A program made the position numbers and the translations under genes. Below the pieces are notes generated by a model. The model searched no databases, was not told the DNA's origin, and worked only from the letters and a program-made list of their open reading frames with translations. A stretch of DNA of 64,000 nt from Bacteroidales bacterium (GTDB taxonomy: Bacteria; Bacteroidota; Bacteroidia; Bacteroidales; UBA932). Positions within the stretch are counted from its first letter, which is position 1. Every line of letters begins with the position of its first letter. The stretch is from assembly GCA_024694675.1 (NCBI GenBank), contig JAILJO010000004.1:29407-93406 (forward strand), given 5' to 3'. Below, in pieces: positions 20,591-30,947 of this stretch.

Positions 20591-20996
20591 CTAAATTGAG
20601 AAACTGTTGAAACCGCCGTCTACTACGGCAACTGTGCCGGTAACGCCCTTGGAGGCGTCGGAGGCAAGGTAATGAAGTGCGCCTACCAGTTCATCGGGCT
20701 CAAGGAAGCGGCCGAAGGGGGTATGGGCCAGAATCTTGTGGGAACGGTCCGTAAGGGAGCCGTCCGGATTTGTGAGGAGCGAACGGTTCTGGTTTGTGAG
20801 AAGGAAGCCGGGGGCGATGCCGTTTACACGGATGCCTTCTCCAAACTTCATGGCCAGTTCCCCGGCCAGCCACTGGGTCCAGAAGCACCACCTTTGCGCC
20901 ACATCCGGCGAAATACTTGACGATGGTCTCCCCCAGCACCCCGCAGGCACCGGTCATGACCGCCACGCGGCCGCTCAAATCAAAAAGATTACTCAT
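20591..20996 (-). pseudogene. uxuB: SDR-type D-mannonate oxidoreductase with a large internal deletion and frameshift
   Basis: N-terminus MSNLFDLSGRVAVMTGACGVLG...VVLLD joins out of frame near 20878 to the C-terminus TQWLAGELA...RVNGIAPGF...VDGGFNSFSI; the NAG and YxxxK core is missing; lies between the GH2 gene and uxuA. Confidence 0.85.
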
Positions 20997-22851
20997 TGTA
21001 CTTGGCTTTAAGATCTTGATACCAATTCTGCAGGACATACCAGGCAAGCTTCTTCTGGCCGCTCTCTGAGATGACACCCTTGCGGTTGAAATCGTCCTGG
21101 ATGCCGTTCAGGGCACGGCGCGGGCTGCGGAAATCCTTCAGAATCCATGGAGACGTACCGGCGAAACCTGGCATTCGCTCCGTCATCATCTTGATGTTGC
21201 GCTTATAGCACTCTTCCATATACTCCTCCGTGAAACGGTCCGTGCGGGGGCCATGGTAGCCATAGCGGGCACCGGCGCCGAACTCGGAGATGAAAACGGG
21301 CTTTTTCACTGGGAATTCCCACTCGGTTACGTCGCAGTCCTCGTTCCTTGCGCCGTACCAGCCGGTATACTGATTAAATGAAATGAGATCTGTGTATTCC
21401 AGCAGGGGGTCGTCCACCGTAAAGCGGTTTTTACCCACTGCTTCCTTTTCCATCGCGGCGCTCACAAGGCGGGTTGCATCCATCTCCCTGGCGCGGGCTA
21501 TGAGCCCTGCCAGGAAACGGGTCCTTTCCGGGGAAACAGGAGTCTCGTTGGCAACGGACCAGATAATGATGTTGGCCCTGTTTATATCACGGGTTATCAT
21601 CTCTTCAAGCTGCTGGATGGCGTTAGCATACGTATCCGGATTGTTCCAGGAAATGGTCCAGTAGACCGGAATCTCGGACCACACCAGGAGGCCCATCTCC
21701 TCGCACTGGCGGACCATATCCTCATTGTGGGGATAGTGAGCCAGGCGGACGAAATTGCAGCCCAGTTCCTTGGCATAATCCAGAAGCTGTTTGTTCTGCT
21801 CCGGCTTGGTTATACGGCCCACGGGCGTAATGGATTCCTCATGGATGGAAATGCCCCTGAGGAATATCTCCTTACCGTTGAGGAAAATCTTGTCCTCACG
21901 GGTTTCAATGGTACGGAAGCCCACCTTGTCCCGGGTGCAGTCCTGAGCCGATGTTATCACCACATCGTAGAGCTTGGGAGAACCGGGGCTCCAGAGCTGC
22001 GGGGCGGCCACGGCTTCAAAGGTGGCATGGCCTTTTTCATCGGCAATCACGTCCAGGGAGAGCCTGAGCTCCGGAATGGACAGGTTTACCTTCTCCCCGG
22101 CGGATGCCCCGTCCAGATTCACATATCCGTATATGCGGTGCTTTGCGGGACGATTTTTCCTCACCTTGCCAACCACGGCTTTGTCCATGAGGACGGCATA
22201 GTCCCGGATGAAGGTTTCCGGCATTTCCACAAGCTGGACGCTGCGGGTAATGCCGCCGTAGTTCCACCAGTCGCTGTTGTTGGTGGGGATACCGTCCTTG
22301 TCGCGGGTATCGTCCACCATGACTACAAGGGAATTCTCTCCGCTTTTCAACCGGTCAGTAACCTCTATATTGAATGGCGTGAAACCGCCCTCGTGACGGC
22401 ATATCTTGCTGCCGTTCAGGCCCACCACCGCCGTGTGGTTGACTGCGCCGAAATAAAGGAAATAGCGCTTTCCGGGTTTTGGATCAGCCCGGAAAAGTGT
22501 CCTGTACCAGACCTTTCCCTCATAATAGTACAGCTTCTCGAACTGGGTATTCCAGTCCCCGGGAACGCAGATGTCTCCAGCGCGGTTGAAGCCATATTCA
22601 ATAAGCTTGGTGCGGTCGTCGTCGTAACTCCTGTCGGCAAAGAAGGATTTCCTGTCTGTCAGGGGTGAGAGACGATAATCGTAATATCCTATGCCATACT
22701 GATCCACAAGATATTTCCACTGCCCGTCAAGTGAGGTACAGGCGCGGTCGGCGATGTTGATAATCATGGGGGAAGGAGCGTCCTCCCCGGCGAGGGCGGG
22801 CGCCGCAAACACAAGCGTCGAGGCAAGTCCAAGAAGAAGTTTCCTAATCAT
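20989..22851 (-). CDS. GH2 beta-glucuronidase-like glycoside hydrolase
   Basis: Signal peptide; DWWNYGGI, RLAHYPH, WSVANE, SEFGA and NRKG motifs; upstream of the uxu genes. Confidence 0.9.
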   Translation of the reverse strand: MIRKLLLGLASTLVFAAPALAGEDAPSPMIINIADRACTSLDGQWKYLVDQYGIGYYDYRLSPLTDRKSFFADRSYDDDRTKLIEYGFNRAGDICVPGDWNTQFEKLYYYEGKVWYRTLFRADPKPGKRYFLYFGAVNHTAVVGLNGSKICRHEGGFTPFNIEVTDRLKSGENSLVVMVDDTRDKDGIPTNNSDWWNYGGITRSVQLVEMPETFIRDYAVLMDKAVVGKVRKNRPAKHRIYGYVNLDGASAGEKVNLSIPELRLSLDVIADEKGHATFEAVAAPQLWSPGSPKLYDVVITSAQDCTRDKVGFRTIETREDKIFLNGKEIFLRGISIHEESITPVGRITKPEQNKQLLDYAKELGCNFVRLAHYPHNEDMVRQCEEMGLLVWSEIPVYWTISWNNPDTYANAIQQLEEMITRDINRANIIIWSVANETPVSPERTRFLAGLIARAREMDATRLVSAAMEKEAVGKNRFTVDDPLLEYTDLISFNQYTGWYGARNEDCDVTEWEFPVKKPVFISEFGAGARYGYHGPRTDRFTEEYMEECYKRNIKMMTERMPGFAGTSPWILKDFRSPRRALNGIQDDFNRKGVISESGQKKLAWYVLQNWYQDLKAKYNE

Positions 22852-22859
22852 TGGGGAGT

Positions 22860-24308
22860 CTATTTTTTACGATTAGCCAAAAGGAAAAACACCACTGCTG
22901 CAACTACGGCAGTGCCGCAGCCAATCCAGGGGGCGAGGCCGGAGGATACGCCAAAACCGGTCTTATCCACCAGGATGAAGGTGACGCAGACCGCTGTCAT
23001 GAAGATAGCCGGGATGAGCGTTATGAGATAGCTCAGCCCGCCGCGGCGGACAAAGTATGCGGTAGCCGTCCAGAACATGAATACGGACAGCGTCTGGTTG
23101 CCCCAGCCAAAGTAGCGCCAGATGGTGTTGAAGCCATTTTCATCGGCAATATTGAACCACAGCATAAGGCCGCTGACGGCAAACAGAGGGATGGCGATGG
23201 CAAGGCGGTTCCCCATCTTTTCCTGCTTTATGTGGAGGAAGTCAGCCGCAATGAGCCTGGCGCTTCGGAAAGCGGTATCTCCGGAAGTGATTGGAGCCGC
23301 CACCACGCCCAGCATAGCCAGGATGCCGCCAAACACGCCCAGCCATCCCTTTGACACCAGCGTCACAACGGAAGGGGCGGCGGAACTCATGCTTCCGCCA
23401 ACCTCCGCATAGCCTCCGTCAAAGAAGAACCAGGACGATATTGCCGCCCATACAAGGGCCACCAGGCCCTCGGTAATCATGGCACCGTAGAAGATGGGCC
23501 GGCCAAGCTTTTCGCTCTTTATGCACCGGGCCATAATGGGGCTCTGGGTGGCATGAAAACCGGATACTGCGCCGCATGCAATGGTAATGAACAAGCAGGG
23601 GAAAATGGGCTGGCCGGATATTCCGGACTTGTCTGTCCATCCGCCCAGTCCGTCCCACAGTTCCGGCATGGAGGGCCATTTGATGAACAGTCCCACCATA
23701 AGGGCCGCCGCCATGAACAGCAGCGCCACGGCGAAAATGGGATAAATCCTGCCGATAATCTTATCTATAGGCAGCAGCGTGGCAATAATATAATAAATGA
23801 ATATGACTCCGCACCAGATGAGCATGGACGATGTACTCCCGCCGCCCGTCATTCCGCCAAGGATAATGGCCGGGGAATACACGAAAACGGCTCCAACCAT
23901 TATGAGAAGGAACAAGGAGAATACCAGCATCACGCTCTTTGTAGTCTTTCCAAGGTAATGGCCTACTATATCCGGATAGTTCGCTCCCCCGTGCCTTATT
24001 GACAGCATTCCGGAAAGATAGTCATGCACTGCACCGGCAAAGATGCAGCCGAAAACAATCCACAGATAGCTTGCAGGGCCGAATTTCGCACCCATTATGG
24101 CGCCGAAAATGGGCCCCGTTCCCGCTATGTTCAGGAACTGGATCATGAACACCTTCCACGTGGGCATGGCAATATAATCCACCCCGTCCGCCTTGGTAAT
24201 TGCCGGCGTAGGCTTTGACGGATCAGGTCCGAAAACCTTTTCCACAAACTTTCCGTACAACAGATACCCCAGAATCAGGGCCAGAATGCTTATTACAAAA
24301 GATATCAT
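22860..24308 (-). CDS. cstA: Carbon starvation protein A family transporter
   Basis: QFLNIAGTGPIFG, ACGAVSGFHATQ and ITSGDTAFR motifs. Confidence 0.93.
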   Translation of the reverse strand: MISFVISILALILGYLLYGKFVEKVFGPDPSKPTPAITKADGVDYIAMPTWKVFMIQFLNIAGTGPIFGAIMGAKFGPASYLWIVFGCIFAGAVHDYLSGMLSIRHGGANYPDIVGHYLGKTTKSVMLVFSLFLLIMVGAVFVYSPAIILGGMTGGGSTSSMLIWCGVIFIYYIIATLLPIDKIIGRIYPIFAVALLFMAAALMVGLFIKWPSMPELWDGLGGWTDKSGISGQPIFPCLFITIACGAVSGFHATQSPIMARCIKSEKLGRPIFYGAMITEGLVALVWAAISSWFFFDGGYAEVGGSMSSAAPSVVTLVSKGWLGVFGGILAMLGVVAAPITSGDTAFRSARLIAADFLHIKQEKMGNRLAIAIPLFAVSGLMLWFNIADENGFNTIWRYFGWGNQTLSVFMFWTATAYFVRRGGLSYLITLIPAIFMTAVCVTFILVDKTGFGVSSGLAPWIGCGTAVVAAVVFFLLANRKK

Positions 24309-24835
24309 GCGAAGAAAGAAAAATGGACGCGGCCGTAGGCGCGTTCTTTTACGAAATGCGGGTAACTGGTAAAGGAGTGCTCATCTCCGTGCTCCAGGAT
24401 GAAATAGCACTCGGGATGGAGTAAATCCAGGGAGAAGACAAGGTCCGGGAGGCGCTCTATGCCTTCCAGGGCGTAGGGCGGGTCCGCGAATATGATGTCG
24501 AACTTTTCCCGGCAGATGGGGAGGAAATCGAAGACGTTGTCACGTACCATGGTGACGTTGTCAAGGCCCAGGCGGGCTGCTTCCGTCTTTATGAACGATG
24601 CATTTTCGCGGGCCATTTCCACGCAGTACACGCGGGAGGCGCCGCGGGAGGCGAACTCATAGGCTATGGAGCCGGTGCCGCCGAAGAGGTCCAGAACCTT
24701 AAGGTCCTGAAACTCGTACTCGTTGTCAAGGATGTTGAAGAGACCTTCCTTGGCGAAGTCCGTGGTGGGACGGGCTTTATACCCTGCGGGGGGCAGGATT
24801 ACCTTGCCCTTCAGACGTCCACCTATGATTCTCAT
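24305..24835 (-). CDS. rsmD: 16S rRNA m2G966 methyltransferase
   Basis: MRIIGG, RPTTD, DLFGGTG and DPPY motifs. Confidence 0.92.
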   Translation of the reverse strand: MRIIGGRLKGKVILPPAGYKARPTTDFAKEGLFNILDNEYEFQDLKVLDLFGGTGSIAYEFASRGASRVYCVEMARENASFIKTEAARLGLDNVTMVRDNVFDFLPICREKFDIIFADPPYALEGIERLPDLVFSLDLLHPECYFILEHGDEHSFTSYPHFVKERAYGRVHFSFFA

Positions 24836-25521
24836 AGCTGGACTACTGCTTTGAAGTAGCGGTAGAGGGACATGCTGGAGTCCATGTCCAGAGGAGTGCG
24901 GAAGTGGACGGTGGAGACTTCAGGATTGAGCTGGAGCTGCTTCATGGCGAGGAAGAGGAAGTACTGGGCGGTGGTGAAGTCCGGGGCCTGGAAGACGTTG
25001 GCAAGACGGAGGCTCTTGCCCTGGGCTATGACCAGGTGAAGCCAGCCGTCACGCCAGGAGGCTACAATCTTGTTGTAGTCTTCTATGGCGCCAAGGGTAC
25101 GGATTAGGTAGTACATTTCCGGAAGGATGCGGGCCTGGTCTCCGTCCTCAGTGAGAACCGTCTGGGCAAGCACCTTTGACAGCGACTCCCCTATTGAAAG
25201 GGAATAAACCAGCACGGCACCGGCTTCCGGCATGGAAACCCATTCCACAGCATCTTCACTGCCGATGGAAACAACCTCCGCGAGAGCCTCGCGGGCTTTT
25301 GCCTCGTCGAAAAAGGACTCCGGGACAAGGGCTACCTTGGGAGTAAGGAGAGATATCTCCACCTCCCGGTAGCGACGCTGGAACTCCGGCGTTGTAAAAA
25401 GCTGCTCGGAACCCATCCAACCGCTGGCTGAGCCTCCGGGCAGAGTCTTAAAAGAATATCCACTCAAGGAAACTTGAATGGATATTCCTGAACTTTGCGT
25501 ATGGACGCTGTCCATAACCAT
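24832..25521 (-). CDS. DUF3822-like protein
   Basis: SIQVSLSGYSF and LVPESFF; typical Bacteroidota neighbour of rsmD. Confidence 0.75.
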   Translation of the reverse strand: MVMDSVHTQSSGISIQVSLSGYSFKTLPGGSASGWMGSEQLFTTPEFQRRYREVEISLLTPKVALVPESFFDEAKAREALAEVVSIGSEDAVEWVSMPEAGAVLVYSLSIGESLSKVLAQTVLTEDGDQARILPEMYYLIRTLGAIEDYNKIVASWRDGWLHLVIAQGKSLRLANVFQAPDFTTAQYFLFLAMKQLQLNPEVSTVHFRTPLDMDSSMSLYRYFKAVVQL

Positions 25522-26222
25522 TATTCCCAGTTACCTGCGTTGTTGTTAGGAGCGGTAACGCTGCCAACCTGCAGGCCTTCGAAACGGTTGCGGTCACGGC
25601 AGTCTGCATCCAGATTGATGCGGAGCTGATTGTCCATTCCCTTAAGGAGGGCCTTGTAAGGCATGCGGGCCTCAAACAGAGGAACCTGTACGCCGGATAC
25701 CTTCTTGATGGTGGATTCCATCTCAACCTCCTGTCCTTCTGAGAAGGGGATGAATTTGAGGGAGTCTACCACGAAATCCGGACGATGTGTGAACAGGGTG
25801 TCCTTAACAGGTATCTTGGTGACGGTTGAGAATACAACCTTCTGACCGTTCTCATAAGCTTCCTGCAGTTTTGCGGTAAGCTGATCCGGTTTGAGACGCC
25901 TGTTGGCCTTCTTGATGGCCTCTGTGTTCACGACTGCGAGGGAGTCATCGTTGGAACCGATCTGCATGACGATGTCCATCTGGCCCTGCTCATAGAACAG
26001 CTTGAGGGAGTCTACGGTGGGGCTGAAACGGCCGTTCACGCTCTTGAAAGCTTCCTGGAGGGTACGGATGTCCTTGAGACGCTGGATACCCACCTTTTCA
26101 CGGGCCTTGACTTCTTCATTGAACTTCACGGGCTTCTGGATACTTGCTATGAATGCCCATGCGAGACCGGCAATGACCAATCCAAGGAGAACCTCGATAA
26201 GGATTTTTACTGCTTTGTTCAT
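25521..26222 (-). CDS. Conserved Bacteroidota membrane-anchored hypothetical protein
   Basis: N-terminal TM helix; C-terminus LQVGSVTAPNNNAGNWE. Confidence 0.8.
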   Translation of the reverse strand: MNKAVKILIEVLLGLVIAGLAWAFIASIQKPVKFNEEVKAREKVGIQRLKDIRTLQEAFKSVNGRFSPTVDSLKLFYEQGQMDIVMQIGSNDDSLAVVNTEAIKKANRRLKPDQLTAKLQEAYENGQKVVFSTVTKIPVKDTLFTHRPDFVVDSLKFIPFSEGQEVEMESTIKKVSGVQVPLFEARMPYKALLKGMDNQLRINLDADCRDRNRFEGLQVGSVTAPNNNAGNWE

Positions 26223-26324
26223 TATTTTAGTGTTTAATTTATTTCAAACTTCCGACAAAGTTAAAAAAATGATTTCTCAAAAGCAATATCTTTTGTAAAT
26301 TTGCCTGTTCAAAAAGTGGAAAGG

Positions 26325-27350
26325 ATGATTCCCTGCATAACCCGCAGTAAGATTGAAGTTTTCAAGACCCTCCTGGACGGCGCCTCAGCGGTGACCGTCG
26401 CCGCCCACGTCCATCCGGACGGGGATGCGCTGGGCTCCACTGTGGCTATGTGCTCATACCTCAGGGACATCATGGGGAAAGACGCCGTAGTAGTACTTCC
26501 GGAAACTCCTCCGGAAAGCATCCGTTTCATTATCCCGGAAAGCATCCCGTACATCTTTTATGACAGTAACCCAGATGCCGCTGACGCATGGATTGCGGAA
26601 TCGGACCTCATTATCCTTCTGGACTGCAACGGTTTCTCAAGGACGGAAGGCCTCAGCGGCGCCCTGGAGGCATCCAAGGCCATCAAGGTGCTCATAGACC
26701 ACCACCTGAACCCTCAGGAGGAGCAGTTCCGCCTGGTGTTCTCTACGCCGGAGATTTCATCGGCAAGCGAGCTTCTGTACTGGATACTCAAAGACCTTGG
26801 CGGAGAGCTCCCCGCGGACTGCATGAACGCGCTTCTCTCCGGCATGACCACGGACACCAACAACTTCGCCAACTCCGTATTCCCTTCCACGTTCCGGATG
26901 GCATCGGACCTTATTGCGGCGGGGACGGACAGGGACGCGATCATCGGCCATATCTATCAGGAATACCGGGAAAACCGCATACGCCTCATGGGTTATATGC
27001 AGAGCCAGGAAATGAAAGTTACTCCGGAAGGCGCCGCGTGGATGGTCCTCACCAAGGAAATCCAGAACAGGTTTGACTACCGGGAAGGAGAGGCGGAAGG
27101 CCTGGTGAACGTTCCCCTGGCCATAAAGGAAGTGCGCCTGAGCGTGCTCCTGACGGAAAAGGACGGCTGCATGAGGGTGTCCGTGCGTTCGAAGAAAGGG
27201 ACATCGGCCCAGCAGCTTGCCGTGCGCTATTTCAACGGAGGCGGCCATGAGAATGCGGCAGGTGGAAAGCTCACCTTCGGGGAAGACATCCCGGATGCGG
27301 CAGCCGCTCCTGCATATGTTGAACAGGCCCTCAAACAGTTCCTGGCATGA
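26325..27350 (+). CDS. DHH family phosphoesterase (NrnA-like)
   Basis: HVHPDGDALGS, IDHH, TDT and GGGHENAAGG motifs. Confidence 0.92.
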   Translation: MIPCITRSKIEVFKTLLDGASAVTVAAHVHPDGDALGSTVAMCSYLRDIMGKDAVVVLPETPPESIRFIIPESIPYIFYDSNPDAADAWIAESDLIILLDCNGFSRTEGLSGALEASKAIKVLIDHHLNPQEEQFRLVFSTPEISSASELLYWILKDLGGELPADCMNALLSGMTTDTNNFANSVFPSTFRMASDLIAAGTDRDAIIGHIYQEYRENRIRLMGYMQSQEMKVTPEGAAWMVLTKEIQNRFDYREGEAEGLVNVPLAIKEVRLSVLLTEKDGCMRVSVRSKKGTSAQQLAVRYFNGGGHENAAGGKLTFGEDIPDAAAAPAYVEQALKQFLA

Positions 27351-27886
27351 AAAAAGTGACCGTAATACTGCTTTCGCTAATCCTGGGAGCCTGCACGCAG
27401 CAGGCCCTACAGACCACGTACGACAAGCAGACCACAAATATCGAAAGCTTCATATCCACCCAGATGAAGGCGGACGAAACCGCCACCCTCACCCGCACCG
27501 GAGGCGCCTACAGGCTCACCCTGCACGACACCATGGACCCCACAAGGGACTCCCTTGGATGGAACGGGAAAGTCACCTTCGACTATGCGCTCTACGTGCT
27601 TTCAAGCTCATCGGTCTCAAATTCCAACCTTGTGGCAACAAGCCTTGAAGACGTGGCTACCGCCGCCGGCTGGAACCTTTCGGACAAGGACCAGTTCCAG
27701 AAAGTAACCCTGAGCATGCAGGATGACATGCTGGAAGGCCTGAAGATGGGGCTCTATGGCGTACAGCCCCTGGACGAGGCATATATCCTCTTCACCGGCA
27801 AATACGGTTACGGTTCCCGCGAGCAAGGCACGATTCCTGCAAAGAGTGCCCTGGTCTATCACGTTTGGATTGACTCAATAGAATAA
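27347..27886 (+). CDS. FKBP-type PPIase-like lipoprotein
   Basis: Lipobox LGAC; GYG...IPAKSALVYHV. Confidence 0.75.
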   Translation: MKKVTVILLSLILGACTQQALQTTYDKQTTNIESFISTQMKADETATLTRTGGAYRLTLHDTMDPTRDSLGWNGKVTFDYALYVLSSSSVSNSNLVATSLEDVATAAGWNLSDKDQFQKVTLSMQDDMLEGLKMGLYGVQPLDEAYILFTGKYGYGSREQGTIPAKSALVYHVWIDSIE

Positions 27887-28935
27887 TGAAAAGATTCATC
27901 ATACCACTTCTTGGCATCCTCGTGGCAGGATGCGTCACTGACAACACGGCCTCTACCGGAGAGCAGGCGAAAGAGTACCTGGAACTCTGGATGGCAAAAT
28001 GGAACAAGGACAACGGCAAGAACGTCCAGCCCACAGACCTTGGCCTATACATCCTTGACGATATCCCCGGCCCCGCCACGGCAGACCTCTGGAGCGCCGG
28101 CATACCGTACACGTACGCTCTGGTCACCATCCGTTCTTTGAGCGGAAAGGTTTCCGCCACTGACGATGCCGACGTGGCCAAACAGATTGGAATCTATTCC
28201 ACCACGTCCTATTTCGGTCCCAAGGTGCTCCTGACCGGAGAGAATTACAGCCACGCAGGACTGGAGGAGGCACTCAAGGGCATGCGCCTTGGCGGCAAAC
28301 GTACCGTCGTCATCCCCTCATGGCTCCTTACCACTTCCCGCTACAGTTCCCTTGACAAGTATCTGGAAGCATGCACATCCTCCTCCCACCTCATCTATAC
28401 AATAGAGCTCCGGGAACAGTTCCAGGATGCTACTGAGTGGGAAAAGGCCAATGTCCTGGCCTATGTCAACGCCAATTTCCCCGGCGCCGCTCCAACACTC
28501 ATGCCCGGTTCGGAAGAGGGCGCTGAGGCCGACGGAACATTCTGGTTCATTTCCGATGTGACAGGCTTCAAAGAAGAAGACAAGAGGCAGGAGACAGACT
28601 CCGGCTACAGCCTCAACTATACCGGAAAACGTCTGGACGGGACCGTCTTTGACACCTCCGTCATGAAGACCGCCGTAGATAACGATATCTACAACCCCTC
28701 CGGCAGTTATTCTCCGCTTTCAGTTTCATTCTATTCGGACTGGTCCAGCACCACCGTCAGCAACAGCACAATTTTCGTGGACGGCTTCAAGGCCGCCGTG
28801 TCCATGATGTGGTGGGGCGGGCAGAAAGCCACCGTCATCTTCACATCGGGTCGCGGATACGGCGCCAACGGAAAAGGCTCCATACCCGGCTACTGCCCAC
28901 TGGTATTCGAGATTGAACTTTTGCCCAAGGAATAG
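27886..28935 (+). CDS. Lipoprotein with two FKBP-like domains
   Basis: GLEEALKGMRLGGKRTVVIPS; NYTGKRLDGTVFDTS; GYG...IPGYCPLVFEIEL. Confidence 0.82.
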   Translation: MKRFIIPLLGILVAGCVTDNTASTGEQAKEYLELWMAKWNKDNGKNVQPTDLGLYILDDIPGPATADLWSAGIPYTYALVTIRSLSGKVSATDDADVAKQIGIYSTTSYFGPKVLLTGENYSHAGLEEALKGMRLGGKRTVVIPSWLLTTSRYSSLDKYLEACTSSSHLIYTIELREQFQDATEWEKANVLAYVNANFPGAAPTLMPGSEEGAEADGTFWFISDVTGFKEEDKRQETDSGYSLNYTGKRLDGTVFDTSVMKTAVDNDIYNPSGSYSPLSVSFYSDWSSTTVSNSTIFVDGFKAAVSMMWWGGQKATVIFTSGRGYGANGKGSIPGYCPLVFEIELLPKE

Positions 28936-28938
28936 CCC

Positions 28939-30342
28939 ATGGCAGGAGGTAATGCAGTCCCTACCGAACTGGGAACCAGGCCCATAGGCACCCTTCTACG
29001 CCAGTACGCCGTCCCGGGCATAATAGCCATGACGGCATCGTCCCTCTACAATATGGTGGACAGCATCTACATCGGGCATATCCCGGAGGTGGGTACGCTG
29101 TCCATGGCCGGTCTTGCGGTCACTTTCCCGCTCATGAACATCTCCACCGCTTTCGGTACGTTGGTGGGAGTGGGAGCGGCAACCATGATATCGGTCCTCC
29201 TGGGCCAGAAGAACTACAAGGCTGCAGAAAAGGTTCTCTGTAACGATGTCACCTTGAACCTCATTACAGGATTTGTCTTCACGTTCGTCACCCTCATGTG
29301 GATGGACCCCATCCTCAGGTTCTTCGGCGCCACGGAGGCTTCACTCCCCTACGCCAGGAACTACATGTTCTACATAGCAATAGGCAATGCCGTGACGCAC
29401 CTGTACTTCGGCCTCAATGCCATTGTGCGGTCGTCCGGCAATCCCAAGCTGGCAATGGGGCTCACGCTGTTCACGGTCATTTCCAACGCCATTCTGGATC
29501 CAATATTCATATTCGTACTGGGGCTTGGAATACGCGGCGCGGCCCTTGCTACTGTGCTGTGCCAGACAATGTCCCTGTGCTATACGCTGTGGTATTTCCT
29601 GGACCAGAAGAAGTTCCTTCATCTGCCCCGTTCCAGGCATATTTTCCGAGTTGACTGGAGAATCGCCAAGGACTCTCTTACAATAGGCATGGGCCCTTTC
29701 CTCATGAACCTTGCAAGCTGCATTGTGGTGCTGTTCATCAACCAGCAGCTGGTAAAATGGGGCGGAGACCTGGCCCTGGGGGCATACGGAATTGTGAACC
29801 GCATCACTTTCCTCTTTGTAATGATAGTGATGGGATTCAATCAGGGAATGCAGCCCATTGCGGGATACAACTACGGCGCAAGGCAGTATGGAAGGGTGAA
29901 GGAAGTCTTTATTAAAACCGCCATGTGGGGTACTCTGGTGTGTACTTTCGGCTTCATTGTATCCGTCTTCCTTGCCCGCCCTGCCGCCGCCGTATTCACA
30001 AACGACCCCGCCCTGGAAGACATGGCCGCACGCGGACTTCGCATGATGAACTGTGTATTCCCAATTGTTGGTTTCCAGATGGTTACCACAAACCTCTTCC
30101 AATGCCTTGGGATGGTAAAGAAGAGCATTTTCCTGTCGCTTTCAAGACAACTGCTTTTCCTACTTCCCTGCATTTACATCCTTCCGGGAATCCTTCAGAG
30201 CGAGGCAGGCGTATGGTACAGTTTCCCCATTTCGGATACTGTATCGTCCATCATCACCGCTCTGTTCGGCCTGGACCTGATACGCAAACTCAACAAACTT
30301 AAGGACGGTGACGACCCGTCCATCCTTGGAGCACAGATCTGA
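28939..30342 (+). CDS. MATE family efflux transporter
   Basis: LYNMVDSIYIG, ILDPIFIF, GIRGAALAT and GYNYGA motifs. Confidence 0.93.
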   Translation: MAGGNAVPTELGTRPIGTLLRQYAVPGIIAMTASSLYNMVDSIYIGHIPEVGTLSMAGLAVTFPLMNISTAFGTLVGVGAATMISVLLGQKNYKAAEKVLCNDVTLNLITGFVFTFVTLMWMDPILRFFGATEASLPYARNYMFYIAIGNAVTHLYFGLNAIVRSSGNPKLAMGLTLFTVISNAILDPIFIFVLGLGIRGAALATVLCQTMSLCYTLWYFLDQKKFLHLPRSRHIFRVDWRIAKDSLTIGMGPFLMNLASCIVVLFINQQLVKWGGDLALGAYGIVNRITFLFVMIVMGFNQGMQPIAGYNYGARQYGRVKEVFIKTAMWGTLVCTFGFIVSVFLARPAAAVFTNDPALEDMAARGLRMMNCVFPIVGFQMVTTNLFQCLGMVKKSIFLSLSRQLLFLLPCIYILPGILQSEAGVWYSFPISDTVSSIITALFGLDLIRKLNKLKDGDDPSILGAQI

Positions 30343-30947
30343 TGAAAACCATTATCAACATAGGCCGAAGCTTTGGAAGCGGAGGCGGCTACGTAGGCCA
30401 GGCCATAGGCCGCAAGCTGGGCATTCCAGTATACGACAACGAACTCATTTCCAAGACCGCAGAAGAGAAGGGCTACTCCAAGAGCCTCTTCGCCGGGGAA
30501 GAGAAGCGCAGCCTGTTTTCCGTCTCCAGTTTTTTTGCATCGGGCCGCCTGAGCCATCTGGACAGCGGTTATGTGAACGACAACGTCATGTTCCAGATCC
30601 AGAGCGAGGTGATCCGTTCCATCGCAGAGAACGGCGACGCCGTAATCATAGGCAGGTGTGCCGATTATATACTCCGTGACCTCCCGTGCCTGGACGTATT
30701 TGTCTGCGCCCCCATGGAGTACCGCATCAAGAGGCTTGTTGAAAACGAAGGCCTCTCGCCGGAAGAAGCGGAAGCCCTCATGCGCCGCAAGGACCGCACC
30801 CGCGAGACCTATTACAACTACTACACCTTCGGCAGCTGGGGCAAGGCGGACAACTACGACCTCTGCATCGACAGCTCCATCCTTGGAATAGAAGGAACGG
30901 CCGATTTTATCATCGACTTCGGCAGGAAGGCCGGAATCGTCAAGTGA
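30342..30947 (+). CDS. Cytidylate kinase-like family protein
   Basis: IGRSFGSGG, IGRCADYIL and YDLCIDSS motifs. Confidence 0.88.
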   Translation: MKTIINIGRSFGSGGGYVGQAIGRKLGIPVYDNELISKTAEEKGYSKSLFAGEEKRSLFSVSSFFASGRLSHLDSGYVNDNVMFQIQSEVIRSIAENGDAVIIGRCADYILRDLPCLDVFVCAPMEYRIKRLVENEGLSPEEAEALMRRKDRTRETYYNYYTFGSWGKADNYDLCIDSSILGIEGTADFIIDFGRKAGIVK

